Shown here one piece after another: positions 23,711 through 37,286 of a stretch of DNA of 64,000 bases. The DNA is taken from the NCBI GenBank assembly GCA_964016885.1, contig OZ024740.1, positions 184,946,001 to 185,010,000 on the forward strand. Direction: 5' to 3'. The stretch is from Eledone cirrhosa (taxonomy: Eukaryota). Numbering within the stretch: position 1 is the first letter of the stretch; every line of letters starts with the position of its first letter. The notes beneath the pieces are model-generated. The model did not search any database, was not told the DNA's origin, and saw only the letters and a list, made by a program, of their open reading frames with translations. The position numbers and the translations under genes were made by a program.

Positions 23711-26700
23711 TTCATCTTAACCATAGACAAGGCTTGGGTTCTATTTTTTTTTAAAGAGAGGACATTCCATTGTCTTTTCCCCTTAGGATAACTTGAATTC
23801 AGTGTTTTTAATTTTTTAATGCTTCCACAGCTTTCATTAATCAACTATCTTTATGCTTAAGCAACAACTATATAAACAGGAGACATAGGCAAAGTATGGA
23901 CCCTAAATTTTTATGATGGAATATGATATTTGCCCTTAAGTGCAAATCCAAAACCACTCATTAAGTATGTGATATTTCTACCAGCTCTGAAAAATGCCAT
24001 GAGCAATTATTTTTCCTCTGATGAAGCCATATAAAAATAAGCAGTATTGGGCAAGTTAATATCAAAAAGAATAATGACTTCTTTGAAGATTGAAAAGGTG
24101 ATGTTGGAATAAAGTAGGTATGAGGAAGCCCGAATCTTCACATTTGCTAGATTAGATCTCAGAATAGTATGATAGCAGTGTAACTATTATAAAACATGCC
24201 ATGTTTATTTACTCTTTATAGCTTTGGTTGCTTTTATGAATTAGTTGTTTTTTGTTATTTTTTGTTATTTTCTGCAAAGATAATTACCTAATATACTGGA
24301 TATGATTGAATGTGTGCATGAGTGTATCACTACCAGTATGTGTGTTGCATAGAATTTAAATCCATAAAGGTACAGAGAAGATTATTCCAGCTGCATAACA
24401 TTCAATAACTCATGCAAGTCTTTTTCCCTTATCAAAGTACTGATATGAATGGTGATATTTTGTTTTCTTGTCAGTGCCTATCTGTGTGTATATATAAAAT
24501 CTAATATATATATACGATTCTCATATATATATATATATATATATAAATTACACATATGCACATACATAGAATAATATACAGACAGAAGAGAAAACAGAAA
24601 GTCGGTATTCATATCTATGCTTTGATAAAAGAGAAAGTTATCTGTAAGAATTATGTGTGTGTGTGTTACAGATTACATCTTTCCACTATTATCCCTGTTT
24701 AGAAATCACACATGTAATTCTTAAATAAATATCATTTTTTCTATTGTTATGTTATATGTCCAAAAGGGAGGATTTCAATCACATAAAAAAGATTAAGAGG
24801 AAAAAATAATACAAAAAAGAGCAATATATGTAGAAAAATAATCTCTGGATGTTTGGTTTATAGTATTGTATTAAATGGATTCCAAACAGAAAAAAAACCT
24901 TGAATGCTACAGGGAGAAGATATTATTTGTAATTATTGACTATGTGGTAAGGTGTGTAGATTAATATCTGTGCTTATTTGCACAATGTAATATGGTGAAA
25001 AGAAACTGAAATATAACAACTTGAGCTTTGGGAGTATAAGATCAAGAAAGCATTAATGGTAAATTTTCCTTTTTTTTCTTTCTATTTTGTTAATTACATA
25101 CATCTCAGATTGGATTTGGATTATGAAAACAGCATTATTAAATTTGTTAGCATCATATATATTTCTGAGAATTTGCATTCTTATAGGTGTTTTAGTTTGA
25201 CGTATCAGTAGGTGTTTTCTACACTTTGATGGGTAAGGTTTTATATAATTGTTTAATCCTCAGAAAACAGTAATGAAATTTACAATAAACATCATTTTAC
25301 AATTTTGTTCATCAGCATTTTATAATTACAAAATCCTGTAACATTTAGCTTATTAATTTATTCCTTTCAATTCATTCTTATTTATTGATAACTTTTTTCT
25401 TGCACAGAAATTCATGTGACCTCTAAAACGATAGTTTCCCTATGAATTTTAATTAATATATTCTTTATAACATTTCCGAAAACTAAATTGTCAGGGGGAA
25501 ATGTTGTTGTAATGGCCATAATTACTATTTCTTAAATACAACATTGATTTCAGTATTTTTTTCTGCAAGAATGCTGAACCATGTTGTGGCATAATGATTT
25601 GAGAATTCTGAGTCTCTGCTATTTTCACAATTGTAAGCCAGTTATTAATAATGCTGTTCAGGAATGGTTTTACATTATGGCATGGTAATGATAGGAATAT
25701 TATTCAGAAGTTGTACAGTGGGTATTAACAATAACATTACATAGTAGTGAAACAGACTCTATTTTTATCATTTACAATGTCTTTTTAATAACCTTGTCTT
25801 TCTGAGGAAAAAAAAAGAAATGAAGTAACTTGAGTAAGTCTATAAATGCATAATGAATATATTAGAGATGTAACTAGATGGGAAATACATTTCCTATGCA
25901 TCAACATTCTTATTCTGACTGAATATACCATTATACATAAACAAACATGAAACAATGAAAAATGATAAGGATGTTCAACAAATATTTTTTGTTACTATTT
26001 ATGTATTAGTTATACCTAACCAAGTAACATAAAATTGTCTTGAACATACTGTATTATAGTTTATATTATGATATTTCTGACTTATTCATTGGCAATAACA
26101 TTGAATAGTTTGTGCAATTATATTCATGCAAAAAAAATATTTATGAATATAAAACAAAGTGAGAACAAAACAAGAACTCATTTACAAATAGAAATATTCA
26201 CATTAATAACAAAATGTGTCAGTAATTTAATTTTTGAAGCTTTTTTATTCTTCAAAATTAGAAATATTTTTTTTCCTTTTCTCCAATAATTTTAAAAATT
26301 CAAAGGTAATCTTTTGGTAAAACATAATTACTATTTTAATCTTTAGAACCCTTTTTGTAATTCATCTTTTCCCTAATATGTTTTGTTTATATTCTTGACA
26401 GTGTTGTCAGAGCCTTGAACAAATTGCCTTAATATATTTGATATGCCTATCTGAGCCTTGGGTTCAAATCGTTAAAATAAAGTATGAGTCCAGGATTGTT
26501 GATAGAATTGCTAGATTTGGGTGGACAGTATTTGTTTAAGCTCTTTGTATTGTATGCTGGGGGATAAGCTTAATCGGTTGCCTGGTTTAACACCACTATC
26601 TGGCACCTGGCTACCTTTAGCAGACTTCACAATTGCAAATATTCAGACCAGGCTTCAGATTTTAGGATAAATGTCCTGTTTCTTTTCACCAGTCTTGGAG

Positions 26701-26959
26701 ACCCCTGAAAAAAATAATGGATCATAAGGATAGCATTTCCCTTCATAAATGGTGATAAAAATGAATTTTCTAAAGAAATAAATTAAGCAATTAAGCAAAT
26801 GTTATTCAATTTTTATTTTTATAGTATTTAGCTTTATTAAATCATCTACCATATAACATGTAGGGAAAGTATAGTTGCTTGAAAAAAAAAATGTTCCATG
26901 TTTTCACAGAGCACTGGCATATATATATATCATTATCATCATCTAGGCCACAAAGTGTT

Positions 26960-27112
26960 TCGAGTAACATTACTCCAAAGATCTTTCAGAAGAATCCCAT
27001 TTTGACAGCTGCTATTCGAGATGATATTCTTTTGGTCATTACCCAAGATTCATGACCACAGGGAAGAGTTGGCATGAATGCCAAATTGAAGATATCAAGT
27101 TTGGATTTCATG
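26960..27112 (-). pseudogene. RTE ORF2 thumb-region fragment
   Basis: KLDIFNLAFMPTLPCGHESWVMTKRISSRIAAVKMGFF (cf. P.L.YG.E.W.......RI.A.EM.FLR). Confidence 0.65.
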
Positions 27113-27514
27113 CCTATCTCCCTTATGTAAGAAGGGAGAGAGGCATGAACAAAATTATTATGCATCAATAAAAATATAATTGAAATCAAAATGTTAAAAA
27201 AATTATAATTTATTTCAAAAACATAACACCAGTTGTGTAGTTCTCTGTTCAGAAGTAGAATACAGCAGGAATAAAGCAACCTGATCTTATGATTACTTGG
27301 TCAATAATCTAACAACATCAACTTTGCATACATTTATAATATTCTTTATATAACTTTCTTCTAATATTTTATTTACTTCTGTCATTAGACTGTGGCCATG
27401 CTAGGGCATTGCCTTATATATGTTATTTTAATATTTTCGTAGATATTGATTTCTATTGGAGTCACCCCCAAAAGCACTCAGCCCGAAAAGGAAAGTGATC
27501 GCTTTAGTGCTGCT

Positions 27515-28195
27515 TTGAAAAGCACCCAGTCCAAACTGTAAATGTGGTTGGTGTTAGGAAGGGCATTGAGTCATAGAAACTGAACCATAAGCAATTCTGT
27601 ATGAGGATGACAGGGCCATTTGATCTATGGGACAACATGTCTAACCCATGTGAGCATGGAAAAATGTACTTGAAATAGTGATGATGATGATTCTACAGCC
27701 AACTTGTTCAACTTTGTAACTTTATGGGAAGAAAAATATAGTCAAGGACTTAGGTGCTTATTTCAATCCTTCAAATGGCTTGCCGAACACACAAGTTGAA
27801 ACCGCTTGGTGCCATGCTGAGGATTTTACCCCCCCCTCTCTCTCTCACCCTGGAGCCATGACAAAAGAACCCAGTCCACACTATAAGTGGTCATGTAGGT
27901 GTCAAGACAAAAGTGCCCAGTTGACTCTGTAAATTGGTTGTGTAGGTGTCATGACAAAAAGCACCCAGCTCACACTGTAGAGTGGTCGTTTAGGTGTCAC
28001 AACAAAAAACATTCAGAGCACACTGTGAATGTGGTAAGAGTTAGAAAGGGCATCCAGCCATAGAAACCAAGCCAACGTCAGCTCTGTGTGAGCGAAACAT
28101 AATCCTCCAATCCGATCTCTCACACAGGGTCAGCCTGTCCTACCCATGCTAGTGTGGGAAATGGACATTAAACAATGATGATAATGATGATGATA
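27515..28195 (+). mobile_element. Two tandem retroposon 3' modules ((ATG)n-tailed); the second has ~4 tandem 48-bp units
   Basis: TGGTTGGTGTTAGGAAGGGCAT...CCCATG..GCATGGAAAA..GATGATG at 27515-27690, again at 27850-28195. Confidence 0.7.
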
Positions 28196-29234
28196 TATAA
28201 ACACATGCATATATCAATAACAATAACATCACAGAATGTCATTTAAGCCATTAATAGAAACTGGTTACATTTAAATAAGTTTTTCATGTCACAAAATTTG
28301 TTGCACCCTTTGTGAGCTTTTCAATGACACAGTTCCGCATACCATATATATCTGCATATATGTTGACAGTTACCAAGGCATGAGTTAGCCTACCATTAAC
28401 CATCCCTCGTGCTGGCAATATACTGTACACTTCAGGATTTAAGGTTCATATTTTATTCTTAGATTATAAGATAGCCACCTAATAGGGGGAAATGATGTGA
28501 TTTTTCAAGGGTAAAGGATAATTTTATATGCTTTCATATACAATATTTTATTACCACTAGATAAATGAAAGAAACGTTGATCATGGTTGTATTGTAACTC
28601 AAACCACATATGAACAAAATTGATTCTTTGAGTTTCATGGCTCTACATATTCTGCCAGACTAATTCTATTCCAGCTTTTACACCACTGATTAATATATGT
28701 AACTAAAATAAAGATATTTCAGGAAAAGTATATAGAACGATGTTATCTCAAACAATAGTCAAATTAATTGGAATGTCTAATTAATATAAATGATATAAAT
28801 CCAATTTTCAAATTAGAAAAATTAAAATAATTTTGAAATAATATAAAATAGTAGTTATTAAATTGTAGTCTAAGCCAATAAGCTAATATCAGAAAGACAA
28901 GAAATTGAAAATGAAGAATTATATCTTAGATATATTTTAAAATAAAAGAATATATAGAGAACAGAAACATCAATACTTTTGAATTTCATTTAAAATTTAA
29001 TTTTCATAACTTTGTTAATTATAAGGTGATTATGAAAATTTAACAAAATCACAAGTTGTGGCTTAAATTCATGGAAGATGCAATGTCTAAAAATAATGAA
29101 GCTTTTAAATATTTCACTTTATGTAAGTAGTATCTCAAAAATATGGTAATCTTGCAGACAGTAAAGAATTCAAATTAATTTTCAATTTTTGGGAGAAAAT
29201 AATTACGTTAATAATATAGTCTTAAGCTAAAAGG

Positions 29235-29452
29235 TTCGTTAGGCTGGTGCTTATCCCAGTTTTATGGCGTGAAGCGACTGAGAGTACTAGATTCCCTCCT
29301 GGACAGGACACCAGTCAATCACAGGGTTAAACTTCCAGTTATTGCTGGTTCTAATTTTCAGCTGAGTATACTAGAGCAACATGATATGAAACCCAGCCTA
29401 GGAATTTAACCCCGCGACATTATGATCATAAGTCCAACACCCATCCCACTAT
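29235..29452 (-). mobile_element. CORE+V-domain SINE
   Basis: CCCTCCTGGACAGGACACCAGTCAATCACAGGG (reverse-complement V domain) and CAGCTGAGTATACTAGAGCAAC. Confidence 0.7.
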
Positions 29453-30044
29453 GCGACATTATATTATTTTATGAACCATCGAGTGATTTATTTGCAAATA
29501 AATCCCACAAGAGTTTCATACCCTTGCCTTTCTGACATCATAAAGCATAGATGGCTGACATTAGCCAGGCTTGTGAAATATCACAATGAACAGAATTCTT
29601 TTTCAGGAATGCTGATGTGGGAGACCAACTATCACACTGAAGGATATTCTTGAATATGACACTAGGCTAGAGGCAGAGGAAATTCAGAGGTCAATACTGG
29701 TCAAGTTGAGCTGGGGGATGAAATTCATCATGGCACCTATATTGGATGTGTAGATTATTTTATCATTTATATAGTCATAAACCAAACTAAAATAGTAAAG
29801 TATCAACATCATCATTTCATCATCTGGCTTTTCATGTTAGCAGAGATTGGACAGGGAATTTAAGGCAGTATTTCACAGATAGATGCTCATTTTTTAGATG
29901 CCGCATTGGGCATGTAAGAGTATGGCATACTTATTCTAAAATTTAGAATAAATGCAGATATCGAGATAACAATGTTTTGTTAAAATATAATCAAAGATGA
30001 AAGTACAGCCACAACAATCCTTTTCAATTATTTCTGAGTATGGT

Positions 30045-30257
30045 AGGAGATGGATTTTGATATACTCAGATATAAATGGAACCCACAGGGAAGCAGATGG
30101 AGAGGGCGAGCCAAAATGAACTGGCGCCAGACAGTTGAGAGGGACCTGCGATCGACAAACAGACAATGGTGGGACGCTGTGCAACTGGCTGCTGACCGAA
30201 CGTGGTGGAACACTATGATTGCCATATGCGTCGCAAGATGCGGGAGATTCTAAGTTT
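30045..30257 (+). pseudogene. RTE LINE ORF2 C-terminal fragment (third family)
   Basis: WNPQGSRWRGRAKMNWRQTVERDL...WDAVQLAADRTWW, typical of the RTE C-terminus; ends at (TA)n. Confidence 0.8.
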
Positions 30258-30258
30258 G

Positions 30259-30325
<67 letters not shown>

Positions 30326-30328
<3 letters not shown>

Positions 30329-30675
30329 AGGCACATGGCTTAGTGGTTAGAGCATTGGCTTTGCAATCGAAAGGTTGTGACTTCAATTATCAGACCGGGT
30401 GATGTGTTGTTTCCTTGAGCAAGACACTTTATTTCACATTGCTCCAGTTTACTCAGCTGTAGAAATGAGATGATAGGGACTGGAGTCCATATCACATAAC
30501 CACTGCAAAGTGGTTGTGGGGGTGCCACAACAAAAAAGCACCCAGCACTCACTGTAAATGAGGTTGGTGTTAGGAAGGGCATCCAGCTGTAGAAATCAAG
30601 GCAGCATCAGTTCCCGTCCCACCCTTGCAAGCAGGGAAAAAGCGGACGTAAAATGAAATGATGATGATGATGATG
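30326..30675 (+). mobile_element. Full-length tRNA-head CORE SINE inserted in (TA)n
   Basis: A-box TGGCTTAGTGG, degenerate B-box GACTTCAATT, CORE-like CCTTGAGCAAGACACTTTATTTCACATTGCTCCAGTTTACTCAGCTGTAGAAATGAG, (ATG)n tail. Confidence 0.88.
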
Positions 30676-30707
30676 TGTATATATATATATATATATATAT
30701 GTGTATA

Positions 30708-30756
<49 letters not shown>

Positions 30757-30759
30757 ATA

Positions 30760-31452
<693 letters not shown>

Positions 31453-31472
31453 AATATATATATATATGTGTA

Positions 31473-31506
<34 letters not shown>

Positions 31507-31594
31507 TATATATATATGTGTGTATATATATATGTGTATATATATGTGTATATATATATATGTATATATATATGTGTATATATATATGTATATA

Positions 31595-31635
<41 letters not shown>

Positions 31636-31854
31636 ATATATGTGTATATATGTGTATATATATATATATATGTGTATATATATATATGTGTATATATATA
31701 TATGTGTATATATATATATGTGTATATATATATATATATGTGTATATATATATGTGTATATATATATATATATGTGTATATATATATATATGTGTATATA
31801 TATATGTGTATATATATATATATATATGTGTATATATATATATATATATATGTG

Positions 31855-31927
<73 letters not shown>

Positions 31928-32075
31928 GTGTATATATATATATTATATATATATATAAATATATATATATTATATATATAAATATATATATATTATATAT
32001 GTATATATTATATATATATATAAATATATATATATTATATATGTATATATTATATATGTATATATATATTTATAC
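31453..32075. repeat. (TA)n/(TATG)n compound microsatellite
   Basis: Visible directly in the sequence. Confidence 0.97.
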
Positions 32076-32678
32076 TTAAAATACAATATGTTGAAAAGGT
32101 AACTCACTAGAGAGAGATATACAGTGCGCTATCAATAAAACAGGGAAAAAAACCACCAGTGTTTGGAATATATAACACTTCTCTGAGTGGCTTTGGGCTG
32201 CCCTTTCTAGCAGTTAGTCCCTCAGAGGCCACTGGTTCACTGCTCTTAAACACGCTGTGACTTCTCTCTCCCACTTGTAGCTGGACAGTCACTTTTAAAA
32301 TTCTCTTAGTGTTGTCTGAAATGTATAGCCTTACACACGCTGATGAACCGAGGCTAACCCATTTCTTTCAACAAATTACTGGTGAAACATATCTTTGGAT
32401 TAGTATCTTTGGATTTGTACGTGTGTTATATAGTTATAGAGGTATTTATTTACACTTTAATTTATATTTTTAATTATCGTGTCTATAGTCTGCCTTTCAT
32501 AGGTTATATATTCCATACATTGGTGGTTTTTTCCGTTTTATTGATAGCGCACTGTATATCTCTCTCTGGAGTGTTACTTTTTCAACTTATTGTATTTTAA
32601 AGAGCTCAGGATTTCTTCTACTTTGAGCACATTATTTACAGGGAATAGCGAGTGCCAATGCCTCCGTTAATTTATCGT
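32076..32678 (+). mobile_element. Penelope-like pLTR / retrozyme-type insert with inverted partial duplication, in (TA)n
   Basis: 32076-32176 is the reverse complement of 32503-32600. Internal hammerhead; unpaired tail 32601-32678; (TA)n on both sides. Confidence 0.7.
32333..32426 (+). ncRNA. Type I hammerhead ribozyme motif
   Basis: Stem I ACACACG/CGTGTGT; core CTGATGA (32340-46); stem II ACC(G)AG...CTGGT; GAAA (32384-87); stem III ACATATC...GATTTGT; cleavage triplet GTA (32417-19). Confidence 0.78.
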
Positions 32679-32761
32679 GATATATATATGTATATATATA
32701 AATATGTATATGTATATATATGTATATATGTATATATATATATATATATACATATGTATAT

Positions 32762-33091
32762 ATCATCATCATTTCATTTTACTTCCACTTTTCCCTGCTT
32801 GCAAGGGTGGGACAGGAACTGATTCTGGCTTGATTTCTACAGCTGGGTGCCCTTCCTAACACCAACCTCATTTACAGTGAGTGCTGGGTGCTTTTTTGCC
32901 GTGGCACCTCCATGACCACTTTGCAGTGGAATCATAGGGACCCCAGTCCCTATCATCTCATTTCTACAGCTGAGTAAACTGGAGCAATGTGAAATAAAGT
33001 GCTTTGCTCAAGGAAACAGCACATCACCCGGTCTGAGAATTGAACTCACAACCTTTCGATTGCAAGGCGAATGCTCTAACCACTAAGCCAT
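32762..33091 (-). mobile_element. Near full-length tRNA-head CORE SINE
   Basis: Reverse complement TGGCTTAGTGGTTAGAGC...GAGTTCAATTCTC; matches 30326-30675. Confidence 0.88.
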
Positions 33092-33231
33092 ATATATATG
33101 TATGTATGTATAAATGTATATATGTATATATATTCATATATGTATTTATATACCTGTTTTTCTATGCACAGAATCGGCAAATAGCAGCTAAAAATTTTCA
33201 GCATGTAAATATACATAAATATATATGTAAA

Positions 33232-33386
33232 CGTGGTTGGTTTTAGGAAGGGCATCCAGCCGTAGAAACCTGCCAGACCGTCCTATATGAGCAAGACAAC
33301 CAATCTTGCGTCAAGTTGGACAATTCCCGTCTAACCTCATGCTAGCGTGGAAGATAGACGTTAAACGATGATGAAGATGATGATGA
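33232..33386 (+). mobile_element. (ATG)n-tailed retroposon 3' module
   Basis: TGGTTGGTTTTAGGAAGGGCATCCAGCCGTAGAAAC...CATGCTAGCGTGGAAGATAGACGTTAAACGATGATG. Confidence 0.8.
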
Positions 33387-33481
33387 TATATATATATATA
33401 TATATTTACAAATGCACTCATATTATATACACACATCGTTTCATGCATGTATATATATATATATGTATATGTATATATATA

Positions 33482-33538
<57 letters not shown>

Positions 33539-33544
<6 letters not shown>

Positions 33545-33860
33545 AGATCAAAAGATGGTTAAAAGAGTTCCAAGTATTTTATTATGCGCATTTCAAAAAC
33601 AAATATCATCATGGGATGATATCTGCGTTCTCATCAGATAAAATAGGGAGACATGATATGAAGCTTAAAAAACATTTGTGAATAGTGAAGATTTAAATCA
33701 ACATATGAAAAATAAATTAAGATTGATGTATGAGATTGTGAAAAAGTGAGGGTGGGGGGTGGGGGTTCGATTGCAGATATCATCCCATGATGATATTTGT
33801 TTTTGAAATGCTCATAATAAAATACTTGAAACTCTTTTAACCATCTTTTTATCTCATATT
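33539..33860 (-). mobile_element. Penelope-like pLTR / retrozyme-type insert with ~88-bp inverted duplication, in (TA)n
   Basis: 33539-33626 is the reverse complement of 33773-33860. Minus-strand hammerhead; pyrimidine-rich leader on the minus strand. Confidence 0.72.
33575..33645 (-). ncRNA. Type I hammerhead ribozyme motif with palindromic stem III
   Basis: Minus strand reads TATTTTAT-CTGATGA-GAAC GCAGATATCATC ccat GATGATATTTGT TTTT-GAAA-TGCGCA-TA-ATAAAATA: 8-bp stem I, 12-bp inner stem II, AUA cleavage triplet. Confidence 0.82.
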
Positions 33861-33881
33861 ATTTATATATATATTTTTATA

Positions 33882-33911
<30 letters not shown>

Positions 33912-33914
<3 letters not shown>

Positions 33915-34108
33915 GGAATGAGTAGGACCCCGACGGCTGAGCTCAAGCCATTTCGACGGCTAATTCTGGACTCCAGAAGTAGCCGTCGAAACGGCTTGAG
34001 CTCAGCCGTCGGGGTCCTATTCGTTCCTATTACCCACTCTACTACCCTAAGTATTGAGTACTTTGGTGCGTTATGGTCCACCTGGTTCCTTACCACATTT
34101 CGTTCGTT
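33912..34108 (+). mobile_element. GC-rich fold-back insert in (TA)n: 59-bp-arm palindrome with a hammerhead-like motif (variant core) plus tail
   Basis: Arms 33912-33970 and 33972-34030, 4 mismatches. GGACTC-CAGAAGTA-GCCGTC-GAAA-CGGCT..AGCCG-TC-GGGGTCC. Tail to 34108. Confidence 0.65.
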
Positions 34109-34237
34109 ATATATATATATGTGAATATAAATGTATTTATATATATATATATGTATATATATATATTTATATATATGTGGATATATATATATATATACAC
34201 TTACACATGTATATATTTAAATGTATTCATATATATA

Positions 34238-34287
<50 letters not shown>

Positions 34288-34826
34288 ATAATTATATATA
34301 TATATGTATATAAATGTATTTATATATGTATATATAGTTTGTATTTTGATTTTTTTTCTACAATAGTCTTTATATTGGGAAATATTTACTCACAATCGAG
34401 AAAATAAATAAAATAAATAAAAGATATAACAAAACATATGCACAAAAAATAGACAGAATCATAGGAATTAAAAGTAAAGAAAACCAAATGGAATATCTAC
34501 GAATTTGAAAATTATATCTTTACTATATCTCAAAGAATCGAGAAAATGAAATTACCCATTTATTTTAGAAATGAATTACTCAAGACTATATATGCATATT
34601 TTTTTAAAACTAAATAAAATATATCCGTGTCTGTCATATCCATAAAAATACGTATGTAATATTGAAAAGAAAATGTTTTTAAATCATAATGCAAATAATA
34701 ATAATGTTAATAACAACAAAACTTGAAAATAGGCATTGAACAAAAACAAATGTTCCCAAAAAGATTACAAAACTATTTTTCCAACAGAAGAATCTGTTGA
34801 AGTTTTTATTTTTATTATTATTATTG

Positions 34827-34851
34827 TTGTGCCAAAAGTAGAAACAATTAT
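34827..34851 (+). mobile_element. Extreme 3' stub of the Nin-type SINE in an (ATT)n tract
   Basis: TTGTGCCAAAAGTAGAAACAATTATT, identical to the SINE tail. Confidence 0.7.
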
Positions 34852-35160
34852 TATTATTATTATTTTTTTTTTTTTTTACATGTAGTGTATGTTTGAAAAT
34901 AAATGAATTGATAAATTCATTTTATTTAGATCTAAGGAACAATTTTTAGATAAACTAGTGTCTTTGTTTAATGGTATATTTATAACTACAACTTCCTATT
35001 GTACATGGAAAGAATTTTACCCACTACTCTCTCCCTCCATCTCTCTCTCACTCACTCTCATTTGCTATCGTTATGTATCAGTATGTGTGGTGCGTTTATG
35101 CGCATATGTAAGTAAATATATATAAATGATCTCTTTTGTAAACCAAATTTGAAAAGAAAA

Positions 35161-35234
35161 ATATTTACAAATATATAACATAATACATATATATGAATAT
35201 ATATATATGTATTATGTTATATATTTGTAAATAT
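35161..35234. repeat. Perfect 34-bp-arm palindrome centred on a short TA tract
   Basis: ATATTTACAAATATATAACATAATACATATATAT and its reverse complement. Confidence 0.9.
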
Positions 35235-35511
35235 ATATATATAGGAAGGGGTGCATGCATCAGTATATTTGCAGAAGAATATTATCTATTTTAACATTCT
35301 CTTTTTGAAAAGACTTCATTAAAATTCATATTCAAACCATACATGCTCTTTCAAATCACAATATGTGGAAGGAAATCTTAGAATCTAGTAATGAATGTGA
35401 AATAAAGAATTTGTCAATGGTTGATGAAAGATGAGATAAAATACAGAAATGTAACTACAAACCACAATGGTTCTAATACAATGTTATATATTCATAGATT
35501 CTTATTCCTGC

Positions 35512-35545
<34 letters not shown>

Positions 35546-36184
35546 TCATTTGTGCATGCATATATACATGCATGCATACATCCAAATATGTGTACATATA
35601 TGCATATATATATATAAAATTAGGTTCCAGAGGGATGAGGGGGGGGGGGGGGGCTAACCACAATTCAAAAAGGTACTCAGTACATTGACGATTTCATAAA
35701 AATGAAACCGTTCTAGTACTGTAGAAGTCGTGTGTGTGTGTATATATATATATATATATTTTACCACTACCTGATATTTGGGTGCTTTTAGTGGAAATAC
35801 CAATGCTACAAATCGTCAATTTGAGGAGGATAACTCAATTGTGAGTCACTTGGCTTTCTCTTACTCTAACTCAGGAGGCATGGATTCTTCCATTACCAGT
35901 GCAAGTTGAGAAATCTTAAAACCAGTCAAGGACACTTCCTTCCCAATTCTGATACCCCCCCCCCCCCCCCAAAAGAGATTAGTAACTTGTATGTCGTTTT
36001 TCATTTGTTTTGCTGTAAGCTAAGTAAAGCATGATGATTATTTATGAATGAGAAACAGCAGTTGCTTGGAGAGCTTGGCTGTCTGGTAATTATTTGGGGT
36101 TTATGCCTCCCAGCTTCATTCCACAGTAATACTATATATATATATATATAGACAGACAAATAGATAGATGTACATGTATGCATC

Positions 36185-36247
<63 letters not shown>

Positions 36248-36734
36248 AAGAGAGAGAGACTTTGGCATATTGAATATCTGATGTTTGCAAGCATCCTGGT
36301 GAATTTTTAAGGAAAGTTCTCATCCTCTACCTGACAATCATCATCATCCCCAGTTGTGTGTGGCAGAAATACTGTTGCTATCTTCTAAATGCCTCAAGGC
36401 TTTTAGATTTCGCTGTTTATAAGCAGATTCCAAGCTCTTGCATGTTTTGTTTTCTCTTTTATCATTCCAGAGTTGATAATATAATTATGATTCAAAATAA
36501 TGATGAGTTGGTACACATATATATAAGGGAATGACTGGAAAGGTTCGTTAGAATATGAGATAGATTACTTTGTGGTATTCAGTCCATGCTCTCTGAGTTC
36601 AAATCACCCTCAGCCATTCAACTTAGTCTTTTATCCTTTTGAGATCAATAGAATAAGTACCGTTTCAATACTTGGGTAGATTCTGACTTTCTCTCTCTCC
36701 CTCTCTCTCTCTCCCTCTCTCTCTCCATCTCCCC

Positions 36735-36769
<35 letters not shown>

Positions 36770-37286
36770 CTTTCTCTGTAAAGTGATTGGCTCTGCCAAG
36801 TTAAAGTACCTGAGTCACACTACAATAAAACATTACCCCTACCACTCCAGCAAGAGTTCCATACATACATGCACATATCCAATTGATGTTGCCTGATCTG
36901 AGAATCAGTATGTAAAGAAAAACATCCTCAAGGCCACTGGATCTCACAGATTTCATTCTATTACCTTTAAATATTGGTCTCTAGACCTCTACAAATATAT
37001 ATATTAAAATATTTGGAAACAATCTACAGTTTGTTCCTTCAAAAAGAAGATTGGCCATTTTTTACCAACAGACTAACTCACTCACATCAAACATCTCAGA
37101 GCTGATGAAGACAACTAATAACACACTTGAATATCTTTATTCTTATTGGTCAACACTATATATTTTTATAAAGAAATATCTACTGAAGATTTACTCTCCT
37201 ATGTTAATTACTTGTTATTGCAATCTCGTTCTTCTCAAGAAAGCTGTTGTTTTTTTGTTTGTTAAATAATTATTCAGGAGAGAATA

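Noticed and set aside
24012-24130. TTCCT-CTGATGA-AGCC possible hammerhead
   Set aside because: No stem II/GAAA/stem III at a suitable spacing.
30326-30400. tRNA gene (also 2246-2330, 6612-6675, 33030-33091)
   Set aside because: A and B boxes are present, but there is no complete cloverleaf and the sequence continues into SINE bodies.
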